64,000 bases of DNA, taken from the human T2T-CHM13v2.0 reference genome, Homo sapiens. The notes below the pieces were generated by a model. That model had not been told where the DNA came from, searched no databases, and was given only the letters and a program-made list of their open reading frames with translations. A program made the translations under genes and the position numbers. Shown here piece after piece: positions 1 through 14,377 of this stretch; positions within the stretch are counted from its first letter, which is position 1, and every line of letters starts with the position of its first letter. Where the stretch lies: the NCBI RefSeq assembly GCF_009914755.1, contig NC_060927.1; one strand, given 5' to 3'.

Positions 1-365
1 GAGTGGGAAAATGAGAATTAAAAGCAAACAGTGATTTAGAGAAAAAAGGTATTTGAACCCATTTCCAAAAGAAGCTTCCGTTTAATACAGGGGTAAAAGA
101 GTGGCTTATCCTTTGAAGCAGCCAGCAAAATTCCTAACCACTCTTGGATTCTGAGCTACACAACTTGCTAGTTTCATTTGCACTCATGATAGATTTTCTT
201 AGAAGCCCTCTCAAGACTATGGGTAAATGCAACTGGGGACAAGAAAATGAGGGCTTGGTGGTGATGTCACCATTCTTTTGTCTGTCTCCACTCATATAGA
301 TGAAAATGGGCCTCCTTTGAGCAAATCTAGCTTTTCTTGGGGCCCTGATCCTATGAATTACTTAC

Positions 366-403
366 TTCGGGAAGGGCCTGTGAAAACTGAAATTTGCATC
401 TGC
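366..403 (-). other. Candidate small internal exon (38 nt; nested 12-nt option 366-377)
   Basis: Minus strand reads ttcctaaacttccctctgtag|GCAGATGCAAATTTCAGTTTTCACAGGCCCTTCCCGAA|gtaagt: pyrimidine tract plus AG acceptor and a consensus GTAAGT donor in non-repetitive sequence. Confidence 0.3.
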
Positions 404-1099
404 CTACAGAGGGAAGTTTAGGAAATCTAACTTAATTCATTCCACAGCCACTCTTGACATGACATATGAACCTTCAACCAGATGCATGTGTTATGCCTTG
501 GTTTAATTATGAGATGAATTCATAGGTTTTGTGTAATATCCTGATTAACTTATGTCTCCTGTTCACAGATGGTAAACGTAAAATTTCTCCAGGAGAGGGA
601 ATTATATCCTCCTGCAACTTGAGGTTTTTGCTGATCTGTTCAGCGTGGTAATACATCTAAGGGATGTTTAGTCCCCACTTCAAACATAAATAGCTATTCC
701 TGATACTCAGATGAAAAAGAAAAAAAGATGCCTTAATTATAACTTCACTCAACTGCATTAATACCATTCTATTTAAAATAACAATACTGAGTTGTTGGTT
801 TTTTTTTTTGAGCCCCTGAAGATGGATGGAAAAATTAAGTCTGATTTAATCTATCAGCTATGCACGGTATAACAATATTAAGTCATACATTTGGAGTGTA
901 AGTAGCTAGAGGTAGTTTCTACATCAAACTCACTTGGCCACCCAGAACTTATATTCTCTGTGGTAGGTATGAGCCTTGTCCTACATTTTGGTCATGTTCA
1001 TTTATTTTTTAAGTGTAAACAGTATTGCCCTAACATTAAACAGAATGAATTCAGTTTGGCTTTGAAAAAAAATTTTTTTTAATATAACATCCCGTCTCC

Positions 1100-1205
1100 T
1101 TTATTCAGTCAACACATTTTTTAAAGCACTTCATATGTGCTGCATTGTTCTAGACAATGGAGATGTAACAGTGAACAGACACGGTGATGAGATACCTGTG
1201 CCTGA
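1100..1205 (-). mobile_element. L2 LINE 3' end fragment
   Basis: attcagtcaacacatttt...gcacttcatatgtgc...gttctagacaatggagatgtaacagtgaac resembles the reverse complement of the L2 3' terminus. Confidence 0.55.
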
Positions 1206-2399
1206 CCAGAATCCTGACATCAATGTCGCAAGTGTATATAGAGTGCACTATAATTATCAGCCCTAATAACAGTGGTGCAAGGGGACATATTAAGACAAAT
1301 GAATAAATAAGAGTCCAGAAGTTTTTCCCTGGTTTTAGGATATGCTATATATTTTTTCCATGGACTTTCTATTCGTTTTTTAATGTGAGTAAGGTTACAA
1401 ATGGACAGCAATGAACTATGTTTAGACCTTGGACTCTGCAGTCTGTCTGTCCTGAGTGGGTATCCCCATGATCCATACTCACTTGGGCTAATTCTCAGTT
1501 TCGCTAATTCTCATTATCTCTATTACAAAATACAAATGAAGAAACTGAGAATACTTTCCTCGAGGTAATGTTATAAAATTAAATGAGACAATATAGGCAA
1601 ATCATTTGGACTACAGTAGTGTTGCTCACCCTTTTCTTCGTTATTGCTCTAAGCAATGAGCTTTTTTAGATTTTTTTCTCCTAATCAACCCCTGCTTTCC
1701 AGTGAAATTGTAATACCACAGATATACTGTATATCTGTTTAGGTATTGTAGGTAGATCTGTACTTTCTACATAAAAAGGGTAAGTTTTGTTTCACTCCCC
1801 AAGAACCAGTATTCACCTCCCTTAGGAGAGACATCAGTTCCCTTTGAGAAGGCATGGTCAAGAGTCACTTTGGCACTATGTGATATAGAGTCATGCAGTG
1901 CTTGCTAAATATTAGCAAATATAACAGTAATAATCATCAAAATAAACATATGATTCTATATCCCTAGACTAGAGAAGATTTGAGTAAAGTCTGACAAAAG
2001 ATGACAAGAGGCACATCAGCTCTGACACCCAGGAAACCAAAGCCTGAATCCAACAATAAAAAGTCTGTTGGAGGCTGGGGTTGAGCATAAACCAAGAAGA
2101 CCTTCTTACTTTCTTACCGATGGGAAAAAGAGAGACGCAAAGCATCAGGGCAGCTGGACAAGGGTGATCACCTCTCTTAATGAGTCAGCTAAGATTACCC
2201 ATCATTTACACATGCAAAGAAGAAGCAACACAACACCAAAGTGCTCCTGAATAGATACTTTTAGGCACAGTTCATTTTGCCTGAAAAATCCTCTTTCTAC
2301 CCTTCTGTCCATCCAAGTCTCATACCTACATCAAACCCACCAAAGGTCCCACTTCCTTCATGAAATCTTTCTAGCACAAAGAACCCTCAGTCATCAGAC

Positions 2400-2815
2400 A
2401 ACCCTGATTTAAACTGAAGGGCATTCTATGGAATAACTAACCAGAACATTTCTTCAAAAGTGTCAACATCATGAAAGAAAAGGCAAGACTAAGGAACTGT
2501 CTCCATTGGAGACATGACAAAGATATGCAATGTGAGACACTGGTTTGGATCCTGCAACACAAAAAGGACATTAGTGGAGGGGAAAATGGTGAACTCCAAA
2601 TAGTCATGGTTTAGGTAATAGTACTGTACATGTTAATAGTACATGGTTTAGTTAATAGCCAATGTTAATTTCCTGATTTTGATCATGATACCATGGTTAT
2701 GTAAGATGTCAACATTAGGGAAAGCTGAGAGGAGAATAAATGGGAACACGCCATACAATTTTTGTAACTTTTCTCTAAGTCTAAATTATTTCGAAATTAA
2801 AAGGTTTTTTTAAAT
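2400..2815 (+). mobile_element. Old L1M (L1MC/L1ME-type) 3' end
   Basis: Typical 3' UTR motifs aatgttaatttcctgattttgatc...gttatgtaagatgtcaacattagggaaagctg...aagtctaaattatttc. Confidence 0.65.
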
Positions 2816-3228
2816 GGTGATTTACTCATTCAATTTTTTCAACAAAAGTATTTTAAAGGCCCACCCATGCTAGGCCCTTCCAGAGGCTGGGGAATCAGCT
2901 ATGAACAAAACAAGACAATAATCCCTAATATCATGGTTAACATAGTATTTTCCGGATTCCTTTCTGCCTCAGAATAGCTATGAGGCCATGCTTTATAAGT
3001 CTTATCCTGTCCACTACTGCCATGTCAAATTCATCTGCTCTTGTCATATCTCCTCACATTAGGGACAGGATATGGCTCCTGTTCTCTGCCTTTTGCTCAT
3101 GGGAGTGGATGGGGAGGTGAGCTCCTATGTCCAATGCCTGGTACGTAGCACATGCCTAGAACACTGCTTGAACACAGTAGATCTTTGATAGGTGAGAGGT
3201 GGTGCCATTTAAAAAAATATGAACACCC

Positions 3229-3528
3229 AGCCTGGTATGGTGGCTCATGCCTGTAATCTCAGCAATTTGCAAGGCCAAGGCTGGAGGAACACTTGAGCCA
3301 AGGTCAAGACCAGGCTGGGCAACAAGGTGAGACCCCGTCTCTACAAAAAAATAAAAGAAAATTGCCAGGCATAGTGATGCGTGCCTGTAGTCCCAGCTAC
3401 TTGTGAGGCTGAGGCAGGAGAATCGCTTGAGCCCAGAGGTTGAGGCTACAGTGAGCCATGTTCATGCCACTGCACACCAGCCTGAGAGAGCAAGACCCTG
3501 TCTCAAAACAAAACAAACAAACAAAAAA
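3229..3528 (+). mobile_element. Alu (AluJ-like), full length
   Basis: Two monomers, A-rich linker and an (AAAC)n-like tail. Confidence 0.93.
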
Positions 3529-4049
3529 CCAAACACGCTTGATACAGAGCCTGATGGAAACTAGGCATTCACTTAACATGTTTCTTGCCTAGAATGTAAG
3601 AATGATCAGCTGTTGGTCTCTGCGGACTCTCAAATGTTATAATTTTATGACACGTTATGCTTGATTCTTTGACAAATAAGAATGTATGTGTGTTTCTGTG
3701 ATAGGGAGAGATTGTATGAGAGAGAGTTAGTGAATTAGTGTGGAAGTAGCGGAACAGAGAAATAGAGACCTGAACTAGTACATCCCAATGGACCTTAACA
3801 CTTCAAAACATAAGCTGGTACTTAAAAGATTGCATCTTCTCACTTTGAAAGACAAGAATGATCATCAAAAAAGAAACACCAAGAAATCTCTGATGTACTT
3901 TTCCAGACATTAGCTACTTACACAAATTAAAATTAAAAACCAAATTTGTCATATGGCTTTAAAAATGCAACATGCTTTTGTCGCTTAGACTAGAATTACA
4001 TTTTTCTTGGAAACACCTCCCTGCTGGTCCCCATGCCCTGAACCACCTG

Positions 4050-4700
4050 AGACATTTACTCACTACATATAGTGATGTCTCTAATTTCAAGATCAGTTCT
4101 GTAATGTATTTCATAAGCCTGGTCCGCTTTCAGAGTTCTCATTATCAGTGAATGTCATTTGCATCCATCTCATTATAAAAGCTAAAGCCTGAGAATTCAT
4201 CCTGGACAACCCTCTTCACTTTGTCTTTAAATTCTGACAATTTTCCTCCTAAATATATTTCATGCATTCACTACAATTTCTCCTGCCAATATTCTCATCC
4301 ACCATGATCTTTTGCCTAGACTACTATAATAGCTTTCAAGCTGGCTTTCCTACCTATAATCCACACTGTTACAGAAGGCAGAGAGATCTTTTTAAAAAGT
4401 AAAAACCAACACAAAGTAAATCTGACTATGTCATTCCAACAGCTTGAGTCTCCAAAGAACAAGATCCTTAATATGACCTAAAAGGACATGTCTTTTTATG
4501 GTCTGGTGTCTTGCCAACTGCTGCAGCATCATCTCTCAGTATATGATTCCAGACTTGTTCTGCTCAATCCGTACTGGCCTTCGTTCACTGTTTCAGAACA
4601 TTCCATGCTCTGACCACCTGGGAAAGGCTCTCTACCAAAGTACCCTTCCTTCCACCTATTTATTCTTTGTGTGTCAACTTGAACAGCAACTTATCAGAAG
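4050..4700 (+). mobile_element. L2 LINE fragment
   Basis: Pyrimidine-rich L2-like motifs (ctagactactataatagctttc..., aaatctgactatgtcattcc, ctggccttc...gaacattccatgctc). Confidence 0.5.
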
Positions 4701-4727
4701 AACTTTCCAACAAATCCCCAGACTCGG

Positions 4728-5240
4728 TATGTTGTTGACCTCCAAGATGGCCATTAATGAGCCCCATTTCCTGGTATTCAGACTCTTGTGTATTGTCTTC
4801 CCACAGCGCACAAAACTGGTCTGGATGACTAATAGAATATAGGAGAAGTGACAGTATGCCACCCCTAAGATTAGGTTATAAGACACTGTCCCTTCCACCT
4901 TGGTTCTGTGCATTCTCTCTGTCTTCCTCTTGGAGTATTCACTTTAGGCGAAGCCTGCTACCACGTGGTAAGAGCCACACATAGTGAGGAACTAAAGCCT
5001 CCTGTCAACAGCCATGTAAGTGATAATCAAAGTCCATCCTTCAGCCCCAGCCATGCTTTCAGATGACTGTATCCCTGCCTGACAGCCAGCTGTATCCTCA
5101 TGAGAGTTCTTGAGCCAAGACCACCCAGCTATACCACCCCTGGATTCCTGACCCTCAGAAACTGTGTGAGATCATTAAATATATCGTTTTAGCTTTCTCA
5201 GTAAGCAATTACCTTAAAACTTAGCAATAGATAATGAATA
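4728..5240 (+). mobile_element. MaLR solo LTR (MLT1F-like)
   Basis: cctccaagatggcc...cctggtattca, gtgaggaactaaagcctcctgtcaacagccatgt, ttcctgaccctcagaaactgtgtgagat, ending gcaatagataa. Confidence 0.75.
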
Positions 5241-6063
5241 TGCTTGGTTAGATGCCTCTGTCATATCCTCTTGTGGAATCTTGCTCCTTCTGCATATCTC
5301 ACTTGGTAATTACGTATTTGTTTAACGAAATCGATCAGTGCCAGTCTCCTCATCAGTTTTGTCTCCTAATCTTACCACAGTATTTCCAGAACTCTGTGAC
5401 AGGCCTCAAAAACATTAGGTGGGTGAATTAATTGTCCTAGCAATACAACTGGAAGACTTCCCTTCAATCACTGAATTGCTCTGATAAATTTGCTTTTGGT
5501 AGGGAGTTAACATGTAACGTGAGCCCTAAAATCAGTCAGTAATTAATAGAAGATAACCATGTAGAGAGGTCCCCCAACCATGGCCTCATCCACCATCAGT
5601 TTCAATCTGCAGTATGCCTTCAATAGGGAGATAAACTGCCTTCTACCCACGAGTCAATTAATAACAATAAAATAGGATCTGATCCAGGTCTGTCCGGACT
5701 GCAGTCTCTCTACTGTCACTGTCTTACAGATCTATGAGTCCAGGGCACCAATAGGCTTTCTCACCCTTGAAGGATAATTATCATCATTCTCATGTTAAGT
5801 ACAATGTCCTGCTTATTAATAGACGTAGAGGCTATCAATACCCAATCAGGAGTCCAAGTGCCCCATCTGTTTCTAAACGTTTCCATTTTTAATTGGTTGA
5901 TTTTTATTTCTCATGGATGACAGACACTTTATTGGCCTCCTCTCTGGAATACTATGACTATTGGTTGCAAGTGGAAAGAATTACTAAGCAAAATACAGCC
6001 AGTAGTATCACGAAGAGAGCAGACAGGCCATCAGCACACAATGTTTAATCAAAGCTGATGATA

Positions 6064-6163
6064 GCTGAGGCAAGAGGATCACTTGAGACTATGAACTTGA
6101 GACCAGCCTGGGCAACATAGCATGACCCTGTCTCTTTATTAGAAAAAAACAAAAACAAAAAAA
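6064..6163 (+). mobile_element. Alu left-monomer fragment (FLAM-like)
   Basis: gctgaggcaagaggatcacttgag...gagaccagcctgggcaacatagcatgaccctgtctct followed by an A-rich tail. Confidence 0.8.
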
Positions 6164-6314
6164 CAGCTGACATTAGATCCTGTTATCTTCTTACATCATT
6201 CTCTCTCATTCGTTTCCTCAAATTCAGGTATTATGGTACAGAAAAGCTAAGTTTCACTTCCACGAAACCCATGAGTTTTAGCCAACACTTCCAATGGGTT
6301 GGCTGATTTTCAAA

Positions 6315-6440
6315 TGGGGTGCATGCTAAAAACAAACAAACACACAAAAAAAACCCTGCAGATTTGGGACCCCATCCTGATCTACCGAATCAGAATTTCC
6401 AGAGGACGAGCCTGGCAATCTACAATTTTAACCACCAACT
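6315..6440. mobile_element. MER5A-like hAT-Charlie fragment
   Basis: ctgcagatttgggaccccatcc...ctaccgaatcagaatttccag...gagcctggcaatctacaattttaac. Confidence 0.6.
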
Positions 6441-7199
6441 CAGAAAATAGATTATATTACCAGACATAAAAGCTCATATGTCACCTAAAACCCCTTCCAT
6501 TATAATAAGCTACAAATCCAAATATTTGTTCTAAGTCATATGACAGAAAACTGAGGAAAACAATGAATCTTCTAAAGCAAAAAACTTAAGTAACTTCATT
6601 CTCAAGTACTACTCCTCTGCTAGATTAGGCTTCTCACAAAGGAACTAAAGGGCCAAATTATACATAGTGCACACGTCACAGCTCAAGTCCTTTTCACAAT
6701 AGGTGAAGTTTAAAAAAAAGTCTTACAACAACAAAGAAGACAAAAGAATTCTTCTTGGAGTCCATTTTCCTCAGTGAACTCACAAATAAAAAACTGACTT
6801 TAGTATCTCTTTAAGAATATCCCTTTCAGAAGCTGAGCATCTAAGGAAAATTAGCAGAAATGTTATTTTCTCATGTCAGTTATTCATTACATTAAATAAC
6901 ATTATGTTCCAAATTAGAGGATTAAATAATCCTAACAGTTTTCTTAGCCAGTCTTTCTCATCCTTCATGGGTCATGAAGAAGAAGGAGGTTTTGACCACA
7001 ACTCTCAAGCTACTTTTAAATCAATCTATCTGAAAATTTCAGGGATACTTCCACCTGATTGAATGAGTCCATAATATTTTCAGTTTCCAAAATACTAATC
7101 ATAACTTGAAAATATTTATCTACATATTACTTTAAATTTTTTAATTTAATTCTACTTGTTTTTCTTTGCCCTCTGTTGAAATAGATTTCTCTCTAATAT

Positions 7200-7405
7200 T
7201 CTAACATTCATACAGTGCTTACTGTGTGCCAGGGGCTACACTATGTGATTTCATCCACTACTTCTTTTAATCAGTCCACACTCCTACAAGGTAGGGATCG
7301 TTATTCCCTTTTTATAGATCAGAAAGTGGAAGCCCAGAAAGGCTACAAAACTTGTCTAACTTCTCTTGGCTCATGGGTGACAAACCAGGATTTAAAACAC
7401 ATCTT
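7200..7405 (-). mobile_element. MIR, interrupted by the adjacent Alu
   Basis: gtgcttactgtgtgccagg...ttttatagatcagaaagtggaagcccagaaagg; MIR-like sequence resumes after the Alu (ctgacttcaaagc). Confidence 0.65.
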
Positions 7406-7796
<391 letters not shown>

Positions 7797-7959
7797 TTAA
7801 TAATACTATTTTAAGAGAAATATATAGGGGATTCCCTGGTACATATCAGTGTTGATTTTCTATCACTTTAGTGAAAGTATCACATTACTGCCGCTAAATC
7901 AGCCTGTTTTGAATTAAAAGCGTCCATTATGATGGTGCACTGAAAAATGTACGCCTCTT

Positions 7960-8105
7960 AACTGGATTGTTTGTAATACAAAGGATAAACGCTTGAGGGG
8001 ATGGATACTGATTTTCCATGATGTGATTATGATGCATTGCATTTCTGTGTACCCCATAAATACATATACCTACTATGGACCCACGAAAATTTAAAATAAA
8101 ATTTT
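7960..8105 (+). mobile_element. L1MA-type 3' end fragment
   Basis: ggataaacgcttgaggggatggatac...gtaccccataaatacatatacctactatg...aaaataaa. Confidence 0.75.
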
Positions 8106-9514
8106 TAGGGAATTTTTTAAATGTACTCATCATCTTTTCTATCCTTTAATAAGGAGAAACTATAACTGCTAGAACAAATTCTAAAGATAGTTCTAGATTC
8201 TAAAGGAGCCGGTCATCTGCAATTAATTTAATGAAACTGGAGGAAATGTAAACTGTTTCCTGCTACTCCCACTCCTCTCCCCCTCCAGATAGGAAAAGAG
8301 GGACATAGGAAAGAAACAGCTCTGCAAAGGACAAAGAAAAGCCACCAAGTGAAACCCATCTGGTACAAAGTCACAATGATGAGGCAGGCCAATGTGGGTG
8401 GGTTTTCTACTATGGTGCCCACTAAAAACAACAAAAGACATGTGGCAAAATCTCCAAACACTAGGGAAGTCTGGGAGGAAGACTGCTCAGTGATTAGTCC
8501 AGATGGGAACTACTACATTCGCTAATATGAGCATCAGAGAAAGTGATTCATAAATTTTTGCATCAGCACAAACGAAGCCCACTTTTTAAAAATGGTTACG
8601 CCAGTAGATCTTTCCTTCAGTAATTCTTAGGGATACAAAACTATCAGTATGGCAGATATACAGGGAATAAATAAAAACAAGCTGTCCAAGGCACTTAGAC
8701 AGCGTTAGACCTGGTACTTTCCCTGTTTCTCTAATGGACTCTGTACCTGAGGTTTTTGTCAAGACTTTGCACCTCCAGGTAGAAAAAGCTTTTATAGATC
8801 TTCAAACACTGCTAGGAAAACTTGGAAATGTGACAGCTATCTTCTTTTTCTATCAATAAATCTTCCCTATTTGGCAGAGCTATGAGTTATTCATAGCAGA
8901 AAGCTCATTTTATTAAAGTATTTTGAGAGCTTTTGTTTCCCCCGTATTGTTGTATTTTCTCCCTCACCCTTAACAACAGGACACCCAATCTATGGCTGGG
9001 GCAAATGGTACTAAGAACTCTAACAGGACTAAGGAGGGGATTATTTGCAAAGGCTTGAGCCTTAAGGAACGAAACCCACCACTCAGAAAAATCTAAACAC
9101 AAGAAGCAAAATTCAAGGAGGTGCTTAACTTGAACTCAAAGGATCCTGAAGTGTTCAGGAACAAGCTTAGGGGGTCTATGAACACCCTGAAAATACATGA
9201 GACATGAGACAGATTAAGTATGAAGTTCTGGTTTCTTCTAGAAAAGACTCAGAATCTTGAGATGCACAAGCTGAAAAGGAGTTTTAGAAATAATTTACAT
9301 CAACTCTCGTTTTATACATGACAAAACTAAGACATACAGATGTGATATTTACCACCTTCACTGAAAGAAAATCAAATGAGTTTCTCACTTCTTAAATCAA
9401 GCCATTGCTTTTAAAACTTTATTAGCAAGTTGAGACAGAGTCAGTCAAACTACAGCTGGGCAGAAATACGCAACTCAACTCTAACAAACCAGTGATTCAC
9501 ATTAATTTAACATA

Positions 9515-9873
9515 CAGTAACCCCCCCAATACAGTTTCACTTCCTGTGGTTTCAGATACTCTCGTTCAACCACAGTTTGACAATAGGTGCTTATGGTACA
9601 ATAAGATATTTTTCAAGAGAGACCATATTCACTACATGTATTTATTCACAATAAATTTTATTACAGTATATCATTATAATTGTTCTATTTTATTAATAGT
9701 TGTTAGTCTCTTACTGTCCCTAATTTATAAATTTAACATAGGTATGTATGCATGTCACAGGTATGTATGTATAGGAATAAACAGAGTATATATAGGGTTA
9801 TGTACTATCTGCAGTTTCAGGCTTCCACTGGGAGTCCTGGAATGTACCCCTGTTGATAAGAAGGGGACTACTG
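9515..9873. mobile_element. MER44/Tigger7-family DNA transposon (TcMar-Tigger MITE)
   Basis: Terminal inverted repeats cagtaacccccc... / ...ggggactactg, flanked by TA on both sides; internal ggtttcag...cttccactgggagtcctggaa. Confidence 0.8.
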
Positions 9874-10103
9874 TATTTTCTAAAAAACAAAACCATAAAA
9901 CTTACCACGTTTTATCAAATCTGAGGCAACAATTACAGCTTATGAAGCAACAAGGCAGAAGAAATACTGCCAATTAAGTTACAGAATGCCACTCATTGTA
10001 GAATGCATTTTGAATTCTGAAATATTAAAATGTAGAACACTATGCATCTTAGAATTGATAAATATAGTATTGTAAAAAAGTAATGACTTATAGGACTCTT
10101 GGC

Positions 10104-10300
10104 TTGTTTTGTTATGCTTTGTTCTTTGTTGTGTTTTTTGTTTTTGTTTTTTAGAGACAAGCTCTATCTCTGTTTCCCAGGCTATAGTACAGTGGCAAGA
10201 TCATAGCTCACTGCAGCCTTGAACTTTTCGGCTAAAGCAATCCTCCCATCTCAGCCTTCTGGGGAGGTGGGATTACAAGTGCAAGCCAATTTGCCAAACT
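10104..10300 (-). mobile_element. Alu monomer (FRAM/AluJ right-arm-like)
   Basis: T-rich tail, then gagaca...cagtggcaagatcatagctcactgcagccttgaac; degenerate TSD ending gactcttg on both sides. Confidence 0.8.
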
Positions 10301-10984
10301 GATTTATGACTCTTGAAAGAACACAATATGGTAAACTTCCTTTTGTAATAATTAACAGGTAAGAAAGAACTTGTGGGACATCTCATAAATTAAAAGCCCT
10401 TGTTCCAACACAAAAATGAGACCAGTAAACGATGAGTTAATTCTTGCACAAAGCAAGAAATCATATAAAATTATTCATATGTATTTAAAGCATTTTATTT
10501 TAACACACACAGTGTTCATTCTTGCATCCATCTTTTAAAGTAGATTAACTTTTTTTGAACCTAGGTTCCCTGTTTGGGATCTGTAGTATCTTTCATGATA
10601 TAAACCATACTTATAATTCAGTGTCTATGATTTCTAATTTGGGCTTATTTGAAACACAGTGATAATGTAAACACACTTGCAAACCAATTTGAGTGCTTTA
10701 GATTTTTTATGACTTCCCTTTATATTTTACAGTCTTTACGTACACCTAATTTAACACAATTTTTAAGCAAGAGAACTTTATTAAGTTGTCCTAATGGATT
10801 CCAATAAATTTTCAGGGAAATATCAGCTTTCCCTCCCCACTTACATTTCATTGGTTTATATAATATTTAATTAAATTATATTGTTAGAGTAACAATGATA
10901 TAAGCAAGTTTGAAAACAAACAACAGACTATTGGACAGCTTGCAACTCACAGTGGGAACATCAGTATGCAACTGAACACCAGCT

Positions 10985-11285
10985 TTCAAGGTGACACTCA
11001 ATGATTCTTGCCCCCAGGTGTTCAAGCTCCAGTGTAGTTAGTCTCCCTCCCACATGAAGAGAGCTGGCCTGATGTTGCAGAAATGATGGAATGTGATTCC
11101 TGAAGTGAGGTCATAAAAGACATTAAAACTTCCAACTTGCTCTGTCTTTGGTCTTTTGTTCTAGGGATGCTGCCTGCCATGCCATGAGATCCCTCAAACA
11201 ACCCTAGGGAGAAGTCCACATAGCTTCCTGCCAAAACCCAGTGTGAACTGACCTGACATGTGAGTGAGACACCTTGAGAGTGGAC
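10985..11285 (+). mobile_element. MaLR LTR fragment (MLT1F/G-like)
   Basis: caatgattcttgcccccaggtgttca...gaggtcataaaagac...ctgccatgccatgag...atgtgagtgagacaccttgagagtgga. Confidence 0.6.
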
Positions 11286-11289
11286 CAAA

Positions 11290-11460
11290 CAGTCAAATCA
11301 GACCAACCTGGATTTGAACCCAGACTTAGCCACTTAGTAGCAGAGTAACCCTGGGTAAGGTTACTCTGCTCTCTAAGATTCAATGTTCTCTTCAGTAAAA
11401 TTGGTTGATGATGGTGCTGATTCATTAGGTAGTTACTAGGAGTTGTTACAAATTCAAGAC
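11290..11460 (+). mobile_element. MIR
   Basis: acctggatttgaacccagacttagccacttagtagcagagtaaccctgggtaaggttact matches the MIR core. Confidence 0.65.
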
Positions 11461-13220
11461 AAATATTGCTGGCAATTGATAGTTACTGACTGCTTACTTG
11501 TATGAGACCAGTATGCCAAGCCTTTATATTCATATTCATTATTATCATGGTTACAAGCCTTCACAGTCCTTCTCATTTACTGAAGTAGATAATGGTGCCT
11601 GGCACATGGGAAATACTTAATAAATGTGGCTTCCAGCAATGGCACATGTAATGACATTTAGGCTTTCATGCAACTGGAAACTGGGCTCCTAGGGAACAAG
11701 ATGCATATCTCCAGAGGCTGAAAGGGCCATCGGAGCTCCTGCATTTACGCTTTCCCATTGTTTCACTCTTCTCAAAGCCGTCCTCCTGACTAGGTCAGGA
11801 AAAACCAACTGGAACGGAGTGCAGGGCTGGCAAATGACCTCATGAAGCCTGGACCAGCTCCCCTGCCTTAGACAAGGCTACGAAAATGGATAACAAATCT
11901 TCTAAGAAAAAAAAAAAGGCAGAACAAATCTATTTTCAAGATTCTTTCCTTCCTTTTACAATTACAATGTGCTGCATGAATGTCCTGATTTTAATAATTC
12001 CACTGCCATCTTCTGCCCCTGTTTTTGGCCTTCTTCCATATCTAATTCTGATTTTTCTTGTTTGCTGAATAGATCTAGCCAAGGCAAAGAGACAATGAGA
12101 TGGCATAAGAATGAATGAGATTTTAAAAAGAGATGGCTTATAAATAACTCCCAGCAGAAATCTTGAAATAACTATGGACAAAGAATTGTCATCCAATTTA
12201 CAATAGTAACAACATGAAGACCAAAAATAAATAAATAAATAAGTAAAAATAGTAGGCCATGCAGTGGCTAGTCCTGAATCCCCTGGGAAATTAAACATAG
12301 ACACAGCCTCGTCTCATGTTCAATAGCAACGGAAAGATTTATTTGTGTGCATTCCGATGTCCTAACAGTACTCTAACCTGCAGCTAGGGTCTTTAGCAGA
12401 GGGATTAGTTGTCAAAAGTGCTCTTAAATGATATCACAATTTTTTTCTCATCATTAAATGCCTGTGTGAGAATAAGTTTACTGGCCCCATACTGCCAACC
12501 AGCTCATCAATGGCAGAAACACAATATGCTTCCAAAGCCTGTAGACCAAGTGAGGTGACAACTTAGAGATGAGCCAGTGGGGGCTCCATCTCCTGAATAC
12601 TCTTACCCAGAGGACCTAAAAACAATCGACCTTCAGTCAAGGCCAGCTGAACTGCTGAGATACTGTGACGATTATTTCATTCTTTCCAAACCTAGATAAC
12701 ACGAATAGGCTCCAAAACAAGCCTGCAAGCACATCAGCATACACACGGGTGCACACACATATATACGGGCACAAACAATTCATTAAAGGTGAAACACATC
12801 TCTAGTGACAGCTGAGCAAGAGAAAAAAGGTGCATGATTTAAGACATCTTTTTCCATTCCCTTTTCTTCAGTATCTGATGCTGTAGCTTATGTCAGGTGC
12901 AGGCTAACTCCAATAGAAAATAATTATTTTTATCAATAGTCTATCATATTCCTTAATGTTAATCCACAATATATAGCCAAACCTAGTATGTCAATACTAA
13001 TTAGAAATACATAGGACCATTCATGGCCAGAAAATATTTCAAGACAGTAGTAGTTAAGAAAATCAAAAGCAAAACAAAAAACAAAACTCAGTGGTCATTT
13101 GTGTTCACGGTTGTTAAAGTCAGTGTTTTGAGTGACTTCACTTCTCAGATCCTCAACTTCTCCAGTATGACAGTGTGGCTCAGTTTGGACAACACTACTC
13201 TCATTAAGAAACATTGCTTA

Positions 13221-13592
<372 letters not shown>

Positions 13593-13629
13593 TTACAGGC
13601 AGAGAAAAACGTCATAATATTTTAAGTTT

Positions 13630-13961
<332 letters not shown>

Positions 13962-14377
13962 TCACTTATCTACATATATTATCTATATACTCAGAAAGGC
14001 ATGAAGGCTGTTAACATCAGAACATTAACAGGGACTGAGTAGTAAGATTCAGGGTGATTTTTATGTCTGCTGTTTTGCTCACCTTTTTTTTTTTTCCATA
14101 GTTAACACAAATGATCTCTGTGATAGTTACATGTAAATGGCAGCAAAAGCAAAAAGCATATACCTCCCACTAATAACCCAGGGAAATCTGGTTCCAAAGT
14201 TAAGGCTTTGTCTAAGGTGGCATACATACTCAGAAGTCAGTTTTCCCAAGTCCGTGTTACTGGGTTTTTGTTTGTTTGTTTGTTTGTTTGTTTTGGAATG
14301 TGGATCATATAATTGTGTCCAAGAGTTTAGTCATTCAGCAATAAATAACCCAAAAGACAATATATTTTTAAATGTAT

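Noticed and set aside
9492-9977. 161-aa hydrophobic ORF
   Set aside because: It lies across a non-autonomous MER44-type element, starts at a non-ATG codon and shows AT-driven composition.
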